Shown: piece by piece, positions 33,224-48,900 of the stretch
Layout of the letters: every line of letters starts with the position of its first letter
Position numbering within the stretch: the stretch's first letter is position 1
NCBI GenBank assembly: GCA_964016885.1
Contig: OZ024740.1
Location: forward strand, 403,806,001-403,870,000
Reading direction: 5' to 3'
From: Eledone cirrhosa
Taxonomy: Eukaryota
Length of the DNA: 64,000 nucleotides
Notes under the pieces: generated by a model
Told to the model about the DNA's origin: nothing
Databases searched by the model: none
Seen by the model: only the letters and a program-made list of their open reading frames with translations
Made by a program: the position numbers and the translations under genes

Positions 33224-33630
33224 GTATGCGTGGGTGTATGTGGGTGCGCGCGAGTGTGTGAGTGAGTGTGTCTGTGAATTTGTCTGTTGACTTTTGGAAT
33301 ATAGTTTAAGAGAAAATTGAAGATAATGGAATGATATGTACTCAATATTTTGAACTGGTCTATAGATTTCCCTAGGCCTTTGTCACTAAGTAGGACCTTT
33401 AAGAATTAGCCTTTAAAGAATTTCCCTTTCTTTAAATCTATCAACCATGACTGACCCCCAATGATCTTATAGACACCTGAAATCTAGGCATTGTTAGCTT
33501 AAGAGAAACTTTAAAATAAGGAGTGGCACCCAATTCTGAACTTGTTTATAGAATTCTTTCTGAACTTGTTTATAGAATTCTCCTACCACCGGAAGAGACC
33601 TATAAATACAATATTTATTTTTTGATACCC

Positions 33631-33681
33631 AGATTCCTGATGATTTCTAAAGAATGAAACAGTTCTAGTCCTGTAGAATCT
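33631..33681 (+). ncRNA. Type I hammerhead ribozyme
   Basis: AGATTC-CTGATGA-TTTCTAAAGAAT-GAA-ACAG-TTCTAGTC-CTGT-A-GAATCT. 6-bp stem I, 4-bp stem III, GUA site; weak stem II. Confidence 0.75.
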
Positions 33682-33693
33682 CATCTATATTAA

Positions 33694-33796
<103 letters not shown>

Positions 33797-33854
33797 TATA
33801 TATATATATATAATATATATATATATTACTAATAAATATATATACATTACTAAT

Positions 33855-34538
33855 AAATAATGGAATAGAAAGGGCTAAAGCAATAGGCATTGATGAATTA
33901 CGAAAACAGAAACAAATTCAAGGTACGTCCAATATTCTATCATATATCTCAACACACAACCAAAGAAATGCGGAAGCTTACACTATTCACAAGAACATCC
34001 CACTACTGAAACAAGACCCAAGAATGAAAAAAAGCCCTTGAAACACACAAAATAATCAAAAGCAAAAGACAACCGAAATCACTGAAAACATTACTCACCA
34101 ATGCCAAATTACCTACCACAAACCCACAACCAACTGTCAAAAAATGTGGTCGCTCTAATTGTGGTACCTGCACTAACCTCATTGAAGGCAACACGTATAC
34201 ATTTAAATCAGGATAAAATTTTGCTGTAAAAAATTACTTCACTTGCTCATCAAAAAATCTAATTTATGCCATTAAATGTAAAGGATGCAATGAAGATTAT
34301 ATAGGACAAACTAAACTCACACTTTGAAACAGAATGACAGTTCATCGCCAACAATTACGAGATCCAACCACGAGACAGATACCACTAAACGCACATCTAG
34401 ACATTTGCGCAAGTAATAAGACACCCAAATTCCAAGTCTTCCCATTTTACCCTTGCGCTGACAATACAACAGAACAAATACGAATAAGTAAAGAAAATAT
34501 TTTCATTCAAAAATATTCCTACTATCGGAATCATTTTC

Positions 34539-34614
<76 letters not shown>

Positions 34615-34865
34615 ACAATATATATATATATATATTCTCTTCATCTTAACATGCTAACCATACACCCACACACACATAGCACCCATACACACACATACCC
34701 CCCCACACACAACTCCCTCCCCCATTTCTACTATTAGAATCTCTTTCCTACACACATATACACACACACAAAATATATATATTCTCTCCATCTTAACATA
34801 CTCCCACACACATACACACACACACACAACTCCCTCCGCCATATCTACTAACAGAATCATCATCC

Positions 34866-34928
<63 letters not shown>

Positions 34929-35935
34929 GCACACAAATAAACATACTCTACTTTCTTTATTTCAATAGAAAATCTGAATTCTGACACCCCAGCGAACCAG
35001 CCATACTCACTGAACCAGAACAATTCTCCCATCCCATTTCTCTTGACCATTATCTTTTGCTTGTCATAAAATTCTCTAAAAGGCTACAAAATAAATTCCC
35101 AAATACGGGTGCGATATTTAATGAACTTGTTCACGTGACAATCATAATTTCATTTATAACCAATCAAATTATATTTATAAAAAAAAAGCCTTCGTGAGCC
35201 ACTTTTTTTAAAGTAAAAAGAAATTCAAACAAACTTACGCGAAAGCTGATATACTTATTCACATGACTACATCAACCAACCAAACTTCACTCATATATGA
35301 AATAACAACCTGCTATATTCACTGAACCAGACCAATTCTCCCATCCCATTTCTCTTGACCATTATCTTTTGTTTGTCATAAAATTCTCTAAAAGGCTACA
35401 AAATATATTCTCAAATACGGGCGCGAAATTTAATGAACCTGCTCACGTGACAGCCATAATTTCATTTATAACCAATCAAATTACATTTATTTTAAAAAAA
35501 AGCCTTCGTGGGCCCCTTTTTTCAAGTAAAAAGAAATTCAAACACTCATATATGAAAAAACGACCTGAGCCCCCCCCCCCCTGTTTGAAGAACTTTGTAA
35601 CGCGAATTCGCGCGAAATTTATGATACTTATTGACCAACCAATCAAATTACTTCTCTAAAAACCTGGCGTTTCGAGCCACTTTTTTCAATATAAAACAAG
35701 TAACATTCAAAGACCAACCAGATGTGAGAAAAACCACAGACCCTCCATCTCAACTCTACCTTTGAAAAACAGAAGAACTGCGAAACCGGTAAAGGAACCA
35801 AATAAATATATATATTTTTTTTAAAATAAGACTCCAGTTGCATTTTCGATTTCATCTTTTTTTCTTTATACTTTCACTCGTGTAGGACACCTCGGTTATT
35901 TTTCATTTTGTAAAATAAACTCACTTTCTAATAAT
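33855..35935 (+). mobile_element. PLE 3' half: decayed GIY-YIG ORF (33855-34520) and long 3' UTR with internal duplication and HHR (35759-35795)
   Basis: KKCGRSNCGTC, FTCSSKNLIYAIKCKGCNEDYIGQT, MTVHRQQ. Related to 8700-9465; UTR homologous to 15700-16715. Confidence 0.88.
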
Positions 35936-35949
35936 ATATATATATATAT

Positions 35950-36086
35950 AACGAAAGAAGTGTGGTAAGGAACCAGGTGGACCATAACGCACCAGAATAC
36001 TCGATACTATGGGTTGTAGAGTGAGTAATAGGATAGCTGTCGAAACGACCGGAGCTCAGCGGTCGGGGTCCTGACTCTTTTCCTAT
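35950..36086. mobile_element. Miniature two-armed insertion of the 24.3-kb PLE family
   Basis: Minus-strand terminal ~85 nt joined to a plus-strand piece ending TTCCTAT-(AT)n. Confidence 0.8.
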
Positions 36087-36106
36087 ATATATATATATAT
36101 ATATAT

Positions 36107-36478
36107 GGGTAGAAAGGATGGATCCGGAAAATGAACTGGTATTCACGGCTTAATCTGGATTGGTTTGCCCTGTGTTGGAGACAGATTCTGAACATGGTTT
36201 AAGTCACTTGTTGAATGTCCAGGATATCGGAGGTGACGGGAAACAGGAGAATCACCTGTAAAGCAAGTGCCAAAGAGGTACTCGGGGAAGCGATATACCA
36301 ATTGGTACCTCGTGGGGTTCAATGTAATGAGCGTACCAAAACGAGCATCTTACGGAGTTGATAACATTAAAGAGATGGAAGGTGTGGCAGTTGGATCTAG
36401 TGAAGATGTTTGGCGAGAAACAGAACGGAGTTGCAACGGGGTGGGGAGCAGGGTGAAATCTAGGTAAGGGGGGGGTTA
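36107..36478 (-). pseudogene. Highly decayed PLE GIY-YIG fragment
   Basis: Minus-strand frames give NVINSVRC..., HYI, RFPEYL, PGHSTSDL, RLSREYQFIFRI. Confidence 0.5.
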
Positions 36479-37095
36479 TATATATATATATAGAGAGAGA
36501 GACATTTGAGGAAAGAGCATGGGCTAAAAATCTACGTATACATAAGCCAGCTTAACAGACAATACGCTGTTTAAGGTAGCATGTTTTCGCTATTACATAT
36601 GTGTGCGTGGAGAGAGTGAAGGGTAGTGGAGAAGAAAGAGAGATGCGTGAGTGTGTGCATATGTATTTGTATTTATGTTTTATATATATATATGTGTGGA
36701 TGTGTGTGTCTTAATGTATACATTATGTATGTCAGGTGTGATCTTGAGATCTTTGGGGAATATTTGATTTGTTTTAGTCAATACAGCTAAGACTACACCA
36801 GACCAAAGCCTTTAGTGTTTTCAATCTGACTCATATTAATATATCTTTGGTACTGTTGCTCGGTCTCTTTTGTTGTAGTGGTGTTGATTTTGTTTTGTGT
36901 GAAAGTTCTTTTCATAATTTAGAGAGGTGATTGCGTGGAATATATTATATGTGACTTATGATGTAGAATTACCATGCATAATAGCTTACATGTGTTACGT
37001 AAAACATGGTATTGAATTTTACGTAGTATGTGTACTATACCTTGGGTTACCATTTGGATTATTTATAAAACATTTGGGCCTTTTTATTGTACTGA

Positions 37096-37210
<115 letters not shown>

Positions 37211-37335
37211 GTGTGCGTGTGTGTGTGTGTGTATATATATATACATATATATATATATTATTTGCTCTATGGTTCTTATATATTTGATATATATTTATCA
37301 TTATCGAACCCTCTTTGGATTTTAGTCTTCAAATT

Positions 37336-37434
<99 letters not shown>

Positions 37435-37463
37435 TATATATGTATATATATATATATATATAT

Positions 37464-37579
<116 letters not shown>

Positions 37580-37873
37580 ATATTAAGTATATGGAAACTA
37601 TATTTATACAACCATATTTATTCAATTATATATATTTCAAGGGTACCAAAATTTTGGTACGCTATCATCAGATAAAATACAAAATGTTTTATAAATATTT
37701 GACATAACCAAGGATAATATACCTTAACGGTTCAAGTTATCCCTGGAAAGTGAATATATATATCATTGAATATTTACTCCAGAAAACTGTCGAGTGCTCT
37801 GAATCAGTTATAAACATTTATATTTGTATTTCCAACAAATTAAATATCCCTTCTACTTATATATATATATATA

Positions 37874-39605
<1,732 letters not shown>

Positions 39606-39773
39606 CTATATATATATATATTGTTATACTTTGAGAGGGTCATGTTGCCAATAAGAAACACACGCACCAGTTGCTTTCACTTCAATTTATTATAAATTAA
39701 AATTATAAATTTAGGAATTTATAAATTTCCAGTTGGTTGGTCGGTTCCACAACCAGATGATTGTTAATATATT

Positions 39774-39816
39774 GCCAAAGTGCTTTCGTCACACATTCTG
39801 TGACCTCTTCAGTGAC
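39774..39816 (-). ncRNA. Type I hammerhead (family A element 39620-39866)
   Basis: Minus strand: GTCA-CTGAAGA-G-GTCAC-AGAATGT-GTGAC-GAAA-GCA-CTT-TGGC. Confidence 0.72.
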
Positions 39817-39872
39817 TGGGGATTCTTTTCTTTGTTTTTGTGCCTCTCATTTGTTGTCCTACGCCATATATA

Positions 39873-39913
<41 letters not shown>

Positions 39914-39915
<2 letters not shown>

Positions 39916-40101
39916 CGAAGGAAATGTGGTAAGGAACCAGGTGGACCATACGCACCAAAGTACTCAATACTTAGGGTAGTAGAGTGGGTAATAGGAACAA
40001 GTAAGACCCCGACGGCTGAGCTCAAGCCATTTCGACGGCTAATTCTGGACTGAATTAGCCGTCGAAACGGCTTGATCTCAGCCGTCGGGGTCTTACTTGT
40101 T

Positions 40102-40106
<5 letters not shown>
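39914..40106. mobile_element. Miniature two-armed (hairpin) insertion of the 24.3-kb PLE family
   Basis: 39990-40045 is the reverse complement of 40052-40106; long arm ends TTCGTT-(AT)n, short arm ends TTCCTAT-(AT)n. Confidence 0.88.
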
Positions 40107-40184
<78 letters not shown>

Positions 40185-40441
40185 TTCACAAGAATCAAAG
40201 CTATGTTGAAACCATTTATTCACTTACAATTGTTTCATCCAAACCTAGGCTAGGTGTCTTCGGACCATTTTGCAATGTGTGTACATATAATTGACTTCCT
40301 ATCCAATGCAGGAGACATACAGGTACATATATATATTGATGTACAGTGTAGTGACATACATATATATATAATCAAGCATAATAATATCGGTTTCAACACA
40401 CGTTTTCAGATAAAGAATCTTGCTAAACAAATTCAGAAACG

Positions 40442-40497
<56 letters not shown>

Positions 40498-41144
40498 TCA
40501 GGTTATCAATAATGTAGTGATAATATATCGTTACGTTAGAGATGAACAGCGTACGTGCAGGTTTGCTCAACGAGTATAAATTATATTCCGGAGAAAATGT
40601 AGAAAGGATGAATATAAAATGAAAGTGCTTTTTTTAAAAAAGGAATTTATTAGGTATTGACATATGTTTCTGTAACAGACTGAATACCTATGTATCGCTG
40701 CTTGCGTAATCATATAATGTTAGCAGGTATTCGATAGCAAATGTATAATCAGTTGTCACTTCTTCAGAGATTTTGGATAAATTGGATAAAATCAGAAAAA
40801 TTGAAGTATTTATATTAGTAATAGAGGAAGAAATAGAGGGGATAGTATATGACAGATGGTAAATTAATTTACTGCTAAACAAGTATATAATGGGTTTCTA
40901 ATGAGAATACCATGAGTAAATCTAAATAAGAATTTTGGGAGTGCCAATTTTAATCTCTACTTGACCAACTGGACAGTGGACAGGGCTGGTCATTTGGTGC
41001 AGTAGTATTAATTATAAAGTGTCAATTGGGGAAGGGGGAGATGGTTTAATAACATTACTGATAAGAAAAAATCAAAATTTATTCAGGGCTGGTCATTTGG
41101 TGCAGTAGTATTAATTATAAAGTGTCAATTGGGGAAGGGGGAGA

Positions 41145-42760
41145 TGGTTTAATAACATTACTGATAAGAAAAAATCAAAATTTATTCAGTTTGATATTGA
41201 TGAATATTATTCCTCAATTTCACCTGATACTCTACATGAAGCTCTTTCGTTCGCTAAGGATAATTCCGACCTTACGGATGCTGAAATTAAAATTATTATG
41301 GAAGCGAGGAAAACTATAGTTAAATTCGATGATAGCTACTGGGTTCGCAAAGATAGACCTTCTAATTTTGATATCACTATGGGTTCTAATGATTCGGCGG
41401 AAGTAATAGATATTGTGGGAATTTATATCACCCACAGATTACAAGGAAAATTCAAGGATCTCCACGGTGGAATCTACCGTGACGATGCGCTCCTATTAGT
41501 TAAGCATATGAATAACCAGAATTTAGAAAGGATGCGTAAAAATATCAGAAAGCTTTTTAAGGAACTAGGATTAAATATTACATTTGATTATAACCTCAAA
41601 GAGGTCAATTTCCTTGATGTTACTTTCAATCTCAATACAGATACGATTAAACCGTTCCATAAACTAAATGAGAACCTTAAATATGTAAATACGAGTTCTA
41701 ACCATCCACTCTCTATAATTAAATCCATCCCTAGAAATGTTTCTCTTAGAATCTCCCGCCTGTCGTCCAACCAACAAACCTTCAAAGAACATGCCGAATA
41801 TTATGATGATGCACTTAGGAAAGCCGGTCACCTAGATAATATAGAGTATATAGTCAAAGATCACCAAAACACCCAAAATAAATCCCATAGGAGTAGAAAT
41901 AGCACAGAATCACCACCATACATACACTACCGCAATAGACACAATAATAGTCGCACACCACCAAACAGAAGGCGATGTTAGGAGTATATTTGGTACAACC
42001 CGGTCTATAACAACTCTATTAAAACCAATCTACCCTCAAAATTCTTTCGATTAGTTAAAAAACACTTTCCAACATCACATAGATATAATAAAATCTTAAA
42101 CCCTAACACTATTCGACTTTCATATTCAACCGCCCCTAATATTGAACAACATATAAAAAAGCTTAACGCAAAACGGTTGTATAAAAGCCTTCCAACACAA
42201 CAATACACGTAAAACATTAGCTATAACATCACAAAACAACAAACAACATCCTGTCCTACATAAGCAACCTCATCAACCCATCCATGGCAATACAACAACG
42301 CAAAATTATAATTGCAACTGTGTCCAACCAGGAATGTGTCCGTTGAACAATCAGTGTCTTGAACGCAACATCGTATACAAATGTACTATCGAATCGGATA
42401 GACAGAAGTGGTACTATGTGGGATCTACAGCCACCTCCTTCAAATCACGCCTTTATAGACATCGTTACTCGATAAAACATGAAAACCAGCGTTATGTAAC
42501 AACACTCGCAGACAAGGCTTGGCAGCTGCGTGAAAATAACCAACAATTTCACCTAAAATGGGATATAATAGCAGCTGCCCCCCCCCCCCCCCCCCCCCCC
42601 CCATAATCCCATGGACAGGAATTTTGTAAATTATGTAATGTAGAATTATTTTGTATTATGAAATCCAAAAACATTTTATTAAATAACAGAATAGAGCGAT
42701 CGTTATACTGTAACCATCGCTTAAAATCTACATTTTCATATTATAAATACTACCAGTATT
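41145..42760 (+). pseudogene. PLE RT and GIY-YIG, 5'-truncated, with stops and frameshifts
   Basis: WFNN..KFIQFDIDEYYSSI, FDITMGSNDSAEV, GIYRDDAL, VNFLDVTF, WYNP, KHFP, CNC..CPLNNQC, IVYKC..YVGST. Confidence 0.92.
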
Positions 42761-43230
42761 GAACGCCTGTCTCTATCCCAGTTTGATTGTCAAAATAGAT
42801 ATTAACATTCTTTATTAGTCTTAATTCTATCAACTCTTCTATTATTTACCTTTTAATACAAACTGCTATAGATAAAATGAGATTTCTGATTTCTTGATTC
42901 AATTCCCTAATGCATATACCAGCTGGCTACTAGCATTGATGTTATTTAGTAGCAATCGAAATCTCCCCCTTCCCCAATTGACACTTTATAATTAATACTA
43001 CTGCACCAAATGACCAGCCCTGTCCACTGTCCAGTTGGTCAAGTAGAGATTAAAATTGGCACTCCCAAAATTCTTATTTAGATTTACTCATGGTATTCTC
43101 ATTAGAAACCCATTATATACTTGTTTAGCAGTAAATTAATTTACCATCTGTCATATACTATCCCCTCTGTTTCTTCCTCTATTACTAATATAAATACTTC
43201 AATTTTTCTGATTTTATCCAATTTATCCAA

Positions 43231-43350
43231 AATCTCTGAAGAAGTGACAACTGATTATACATTTGCTATCGAATACCTGCTAACATTATATGATTACGCA
43301 AGCAGCGATACATAGGTATTCAGTCTGTTACAGAAACATATGTCAATACC
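43231..43350 (+). ncRNA. Hammerhead-like motif with large structured stem II (inverted copy at 40653-40772)
   Basis: CTGAAGA-A-GTGACA-ACTGA...TCAGT-C-TGTTAC-A-GAAA-CATAT-GTC. Palindromic ACATATGT stem III; stem I is poor. Confidence 0.62.
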
Positions 43351-43398
43351 TAATAAATTCCTTTTTTAAAAAAAGCACTTTCATTTTATATTCATCCT

Positions 43399-43502
<104 letters not shown>

Positions 43503-43525
43503 ATATATATGTATGTATATATATA

Positions 43526-44512
<987 letters not shown>

Positions 44513-44814
44513 TATATATATAAATACATACATACATATGTATGTATATATATATATGTACATTGTCGAGTCACTCTTGAGTGCAACTGGTAACATATAA
44601 CCCAGTACAACCTGTCGCATGGTCGGGTCGTCGGCTACTAAACCGGCAACCCCACCAAGTTTTGGAGGGTGATTTTGGACACCCTGCAGGACGAAAAACA
44701 AAACCTGACAAAGGGCGGAAGAACTCATAAGAGTCCACGGCCATCCAAAAGTGTGTAAATATGTATATACACATGTACCGTCAAAGTGTGTAAATATGTA
44801 TATACACATGTACC

Positions 44815-45128
44815 GCGCGGTTAAACCACTGGGAGTGAAGGACCCCTAGCCTTAGTCAGGGCATTCTTGTAGGAGAAGGCAACTCAGGAAACTGGGATAA
44901 CTCCGATATAAAACCTGCGGCTCAGTAGTTACCGATGATGTTGATCTTTTCTTCTTTTCGGGTTATAGCTACTGTCGCTCAGAGCGTGGGATTGGCTCAG
45001 TGCACAGTCTTTCCTCACTTTAAAAAAATATCTTCACGCACAGACATTGCCCGATGGAATTAATTAATAATTATAATAATGGTATATCGTGCAATGACCA
45101 TACTCGATAACGAGGGGGCAGCCATCAT
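44815..45128 (+). mobile_element. Related short retroposon, possibly an RTE-derived bipartite SINE
   Basis: GTAGGAGAAGGCAACTC resembles RTE 5' UTRs; shares GTGGGA.TGGCT..GTGCA...CTCACT.TAAAA..CTTCACG and the tail TACTCGA.AACGAG..GGCAGCCA.CAT-(AT)n with the previous family. Confidence 0.55.
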
Positions 45129-45156
45129 ATATATATATATACATATATATATATAC

Positions 45157-45281
<125 letters not shown>

Positions 45282-45915
45282 CATACATATATTAGGTTGT
45301 CCAGAAATTAATGCAGGTATTATGTTTCTCTTCCTTTCAACTCAGTCAAGTTCTGTGAAATTGTGTATCATTTCAAAGCATATTTTAAGCTCTCTTTTTT
45401 TCTTTTAATCCCCTTTTATCATGAACTGGTTTTGTCACTTTATAGATCTTTCAACTTAAGATATCCACCAAATATATTTCTTTGAATTTAAACTCAGCCG
45501 CACTGCGACGCAAACGGCTAAAAGCACCAATGAAATTTGGGATCAAGGAAGTGAATATTTATAGGTGTAAAACGAAACATAATTTTGAGTGTTTGATAAA
45601 CCATGATCTCTCAAGTTAGTCAAGTTCATAATGTAACGATTGGTACTTCCGTTCAGATTTCTTGAAAACTTTAGGACATACTGAATCTAAAAACCAATGT
45701 TGCCATTTTTTTCAAGGTGTCTGTGGTGGCCATCTTGGAATTTCAAAATGGTGACTACCGATAACCTTTTTCAACAGTAACTCAAATTCTAACCAACTGA
45801 GCTTATAATTTTAGTGGCTAATTTAACATAATAACAATAATAATAATGATAAAAATAATAATAATAATCAAATGCCATGTAATTACTTCATTAGTGTTTA
45901 TAATTTTTCCGACCA

Positions 45916-48900
45916 ATGAACAACGTGGCCACAGCAACGTTACCACGACTTGGTAGACAGCAACAAGAGACAATTGACTGGAAACGGTGTATTTTTTGCC
46001 TACAAGATGCTGGCCAGTTTGTGTTACAACCAAAATTATATTCATACCAAAGTTTGTTAGCTGCAGTGAAGGAGCGAGCATTACTGCATGATGGTGAATT
46101 TGTAAAAATTCAAAAGAGGCTAGAAGACTGCACAACAGAAACTTTGCAGAGAAATAAGGCTTTTTGGCATCGCATGTGCTACTCCAACGCCACCAGTAAC
46201 GTCAAAATGCAACGTGCAAGAGACCGTCACCAACGGTCTTTGTCTACTGGATCACATATCCGCAGAAAGCGAGGACGCCCTTCAAGCTTTGACAGGAGTG
46301 AGCCATCAACCTCTGCCGCAATGTTAGGGCCGTTTACACGGTCAGCAACAAACCCACTGGAAAATGATTTGTGCTTTTTTTTGTCAAACGTTTGGTGACC
46401 AACAGTTGTTTGCAGTAAGCACTGCCAATGCGGGCCAAGCTCTAAAAAAAGCTGTGGAAATCTCTCCTAATCCAGAACTAAAAACAAGAATGGCATCTTG
46501 CATCTCCGAAGGGGATGCCCACGCTGTTGATATCAAATATCATAAACAGTGCTGGACAAGAAATGTGTTCCATGTTCTGAGAGATAAAGCTATCGCAAAC
46601 AAAGCAAATAAAGAGAGTAGGTGTCAACAGCAAACGGCTAGTTTCATTGAATTAGTGAACATTATCGACGTGCAAACTACAGATGGCGCATATCTTTCCA
46701 TGGCTGACATCGAGAATACCTATTTGAACATGCTAGGTGGAGCAGAGGCTTTGCCAAATCACAGACCTGTCTATACCAGACAATGGCTGAAGGACAAAAT
46801 ATTAACAGAATTACCAGGTGTAAGATCTGTTCTGCAAGGCAATAGGCGAAAGTCAGCTGTGTTGTATTACCCTGAAGCCTGTGAGGTTAAAATGGTTCAC
46901 TCTGCCATCACTTCTGATGACACAGACAACATGAAGAATCTCTATAGGTCAGCACAGCTTGTTCGCCACAGCATTGAACATTTTACCAAAAGACAACCGC
47001 CACAAAGTTCAATCCCAGTTTCCAGCAAAATAGAAGATGTGCCAGTAGAACTCTATACACTTATTTGCTGGATCATGGCAGGGCCTGCAAATGAACTGGA
47101 GACTGAAGTTAGAACACATGCTGTGAACAGAGCTGCCCTTACAATGAGTCAAAATCTGATGTTTGGATTCAAGTCTAAGAGATAAGTCACATACAAGCCC
47201 AAAACTGAGCATGCTGGCTTTCGGTCGCAGCATGTTAGAGAAAATCCCCAAGTTGTGGGATTGGCGCTGAGCATCCATCAAAAGACAAGAAATAAGATGC
47301 TCGTTAATCTCCTCAACGCCCAAGATTACTGTGTTTCATACAGCCGTACGCTAATGATGGAAACAGCCGTTGCCAATGCTGTAGTGGAGAACACCAAACA
47401 GTTCCAAGGGCTGTATGTGCCACCATTCCTCAAGGAAGGCACTTTTGTCTTCTTCGCAGTAGACAATGCGGATTTCACTGAGGACACTCCAGATGTTAAA
47501 GGTACCACCCATGGCACTATCACTGCCGTATACCAGAAAGCTGATGCCCCTTGGAGAACCAATTGCATCACCCCTAAATATCACTGATGCACAGAGTCTC
47601 TCTGTAACCCCATATCATACAGTTATAGTTCCTTGTGAGAAGCCAAAGCAGAAGATACCATCCGAGAAGAGGATGATTCAGTTTGCCATTGACAAAGAAG
47701 GTGTGGATAGTACCTACCAGCTCACACATCTGGAATGGGTCGTTGCCTACGCTGTTTCCCGAATGAACGATGGAGACTCGAGTCGAATTCCAGGCGGGCA
47801 GGCTATAACTCACTTTTGTCGACAAGCCTACCCTTAACTGAGGTTGGAGCTCTACCTTTGCTCCCAGGAGTCGCGCATGAATGGCCAACATTTCTAACCG
47901 TTATGATGCAAGCAAACAAATTAAAAGAGCTGGCAGTTGCTGACAAGTACCTCACTGTGTCATTTCCTTCGACATGGCACTCTACGAGAAAGCAGTACAG
48001 TTGGTTGATGCTAGGCCGGATTTGAAGGGCAAAGTGCTGCCAAGACTTGGTGAGTTTCATGTTGTCATGGCTGCGTTGAGAGCTCTCTGCTCTTCAATTG
48101 AAAACTCGGGAATAGACGACGCCTGGATGGAAGCCGATCTGTATAGTTCTGCCACAACCAGACAAATTCTCAAGTGCACACACTACAAGCGTTCGCTACG
48201 TGCACACATTTACTCCCACATGGCACTTTATGAACTGGCATTGGAGCAGTTCCTAGAGGACAATCCTCATCTGAAAGATCTGTGTCTAGAAGCAACGATT
48301 GAAGTAGAAGAGGCGGTTCAGAACAAAGGCACCAAGGCTGAGTCTGTGAAGCATGCAAATGCTCATCTGCAGCAAGTCTTAGCAGAGTATGATGTGATCA
48401 AGAAACTGCAAGACTGGGAAGCAGAGAAGTCTAAGAATGCCATGTTCAGATCATTGATGAACTATATGCATCGGGTAGAGACAGTTCTGTACTTTGTAGC
48501 AGCATCGCGGAATGCTGATCTGAATCTTCATCTTGAAGCTGGAGAAGCACTGAGCAAGCTGTTCTTCTCAATGGACATGTTAAAGTATAAGAGACTCTGG
48601 CCACGCTACATAGCAGATATGCATGCATTGAAGACCAACCACCCCGACACATGGAGGGAACTTGAAGAGGGCAATATATCCATCACCAAGAATGCCATCC
48701 CGTTCGTATCCATTGGAGGTGACCATGCCTGTGAACATCTTAACAAATTCATGAAAGTTCAAGCTAATCTCATTGGAATTTCCAATAATCCAAATGCAAA
48801 GCAACGCTTCTCCATGGCAGCTCCTGAAATGTCCTACCTTGCAAAGGAGTTTAAGGACCAATTCGGTGTTGGTGAAAGCCATGCCCTTGAGCATCATAAC

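Noticed and set aside
45290-45330. Mariner-like TIR (TA-TTAGGTTGTCCAGAAATTAATGC) or left end of the Academ element
   Set aside because: No matching partner TIR was found in the window, so it cannot be assigned.
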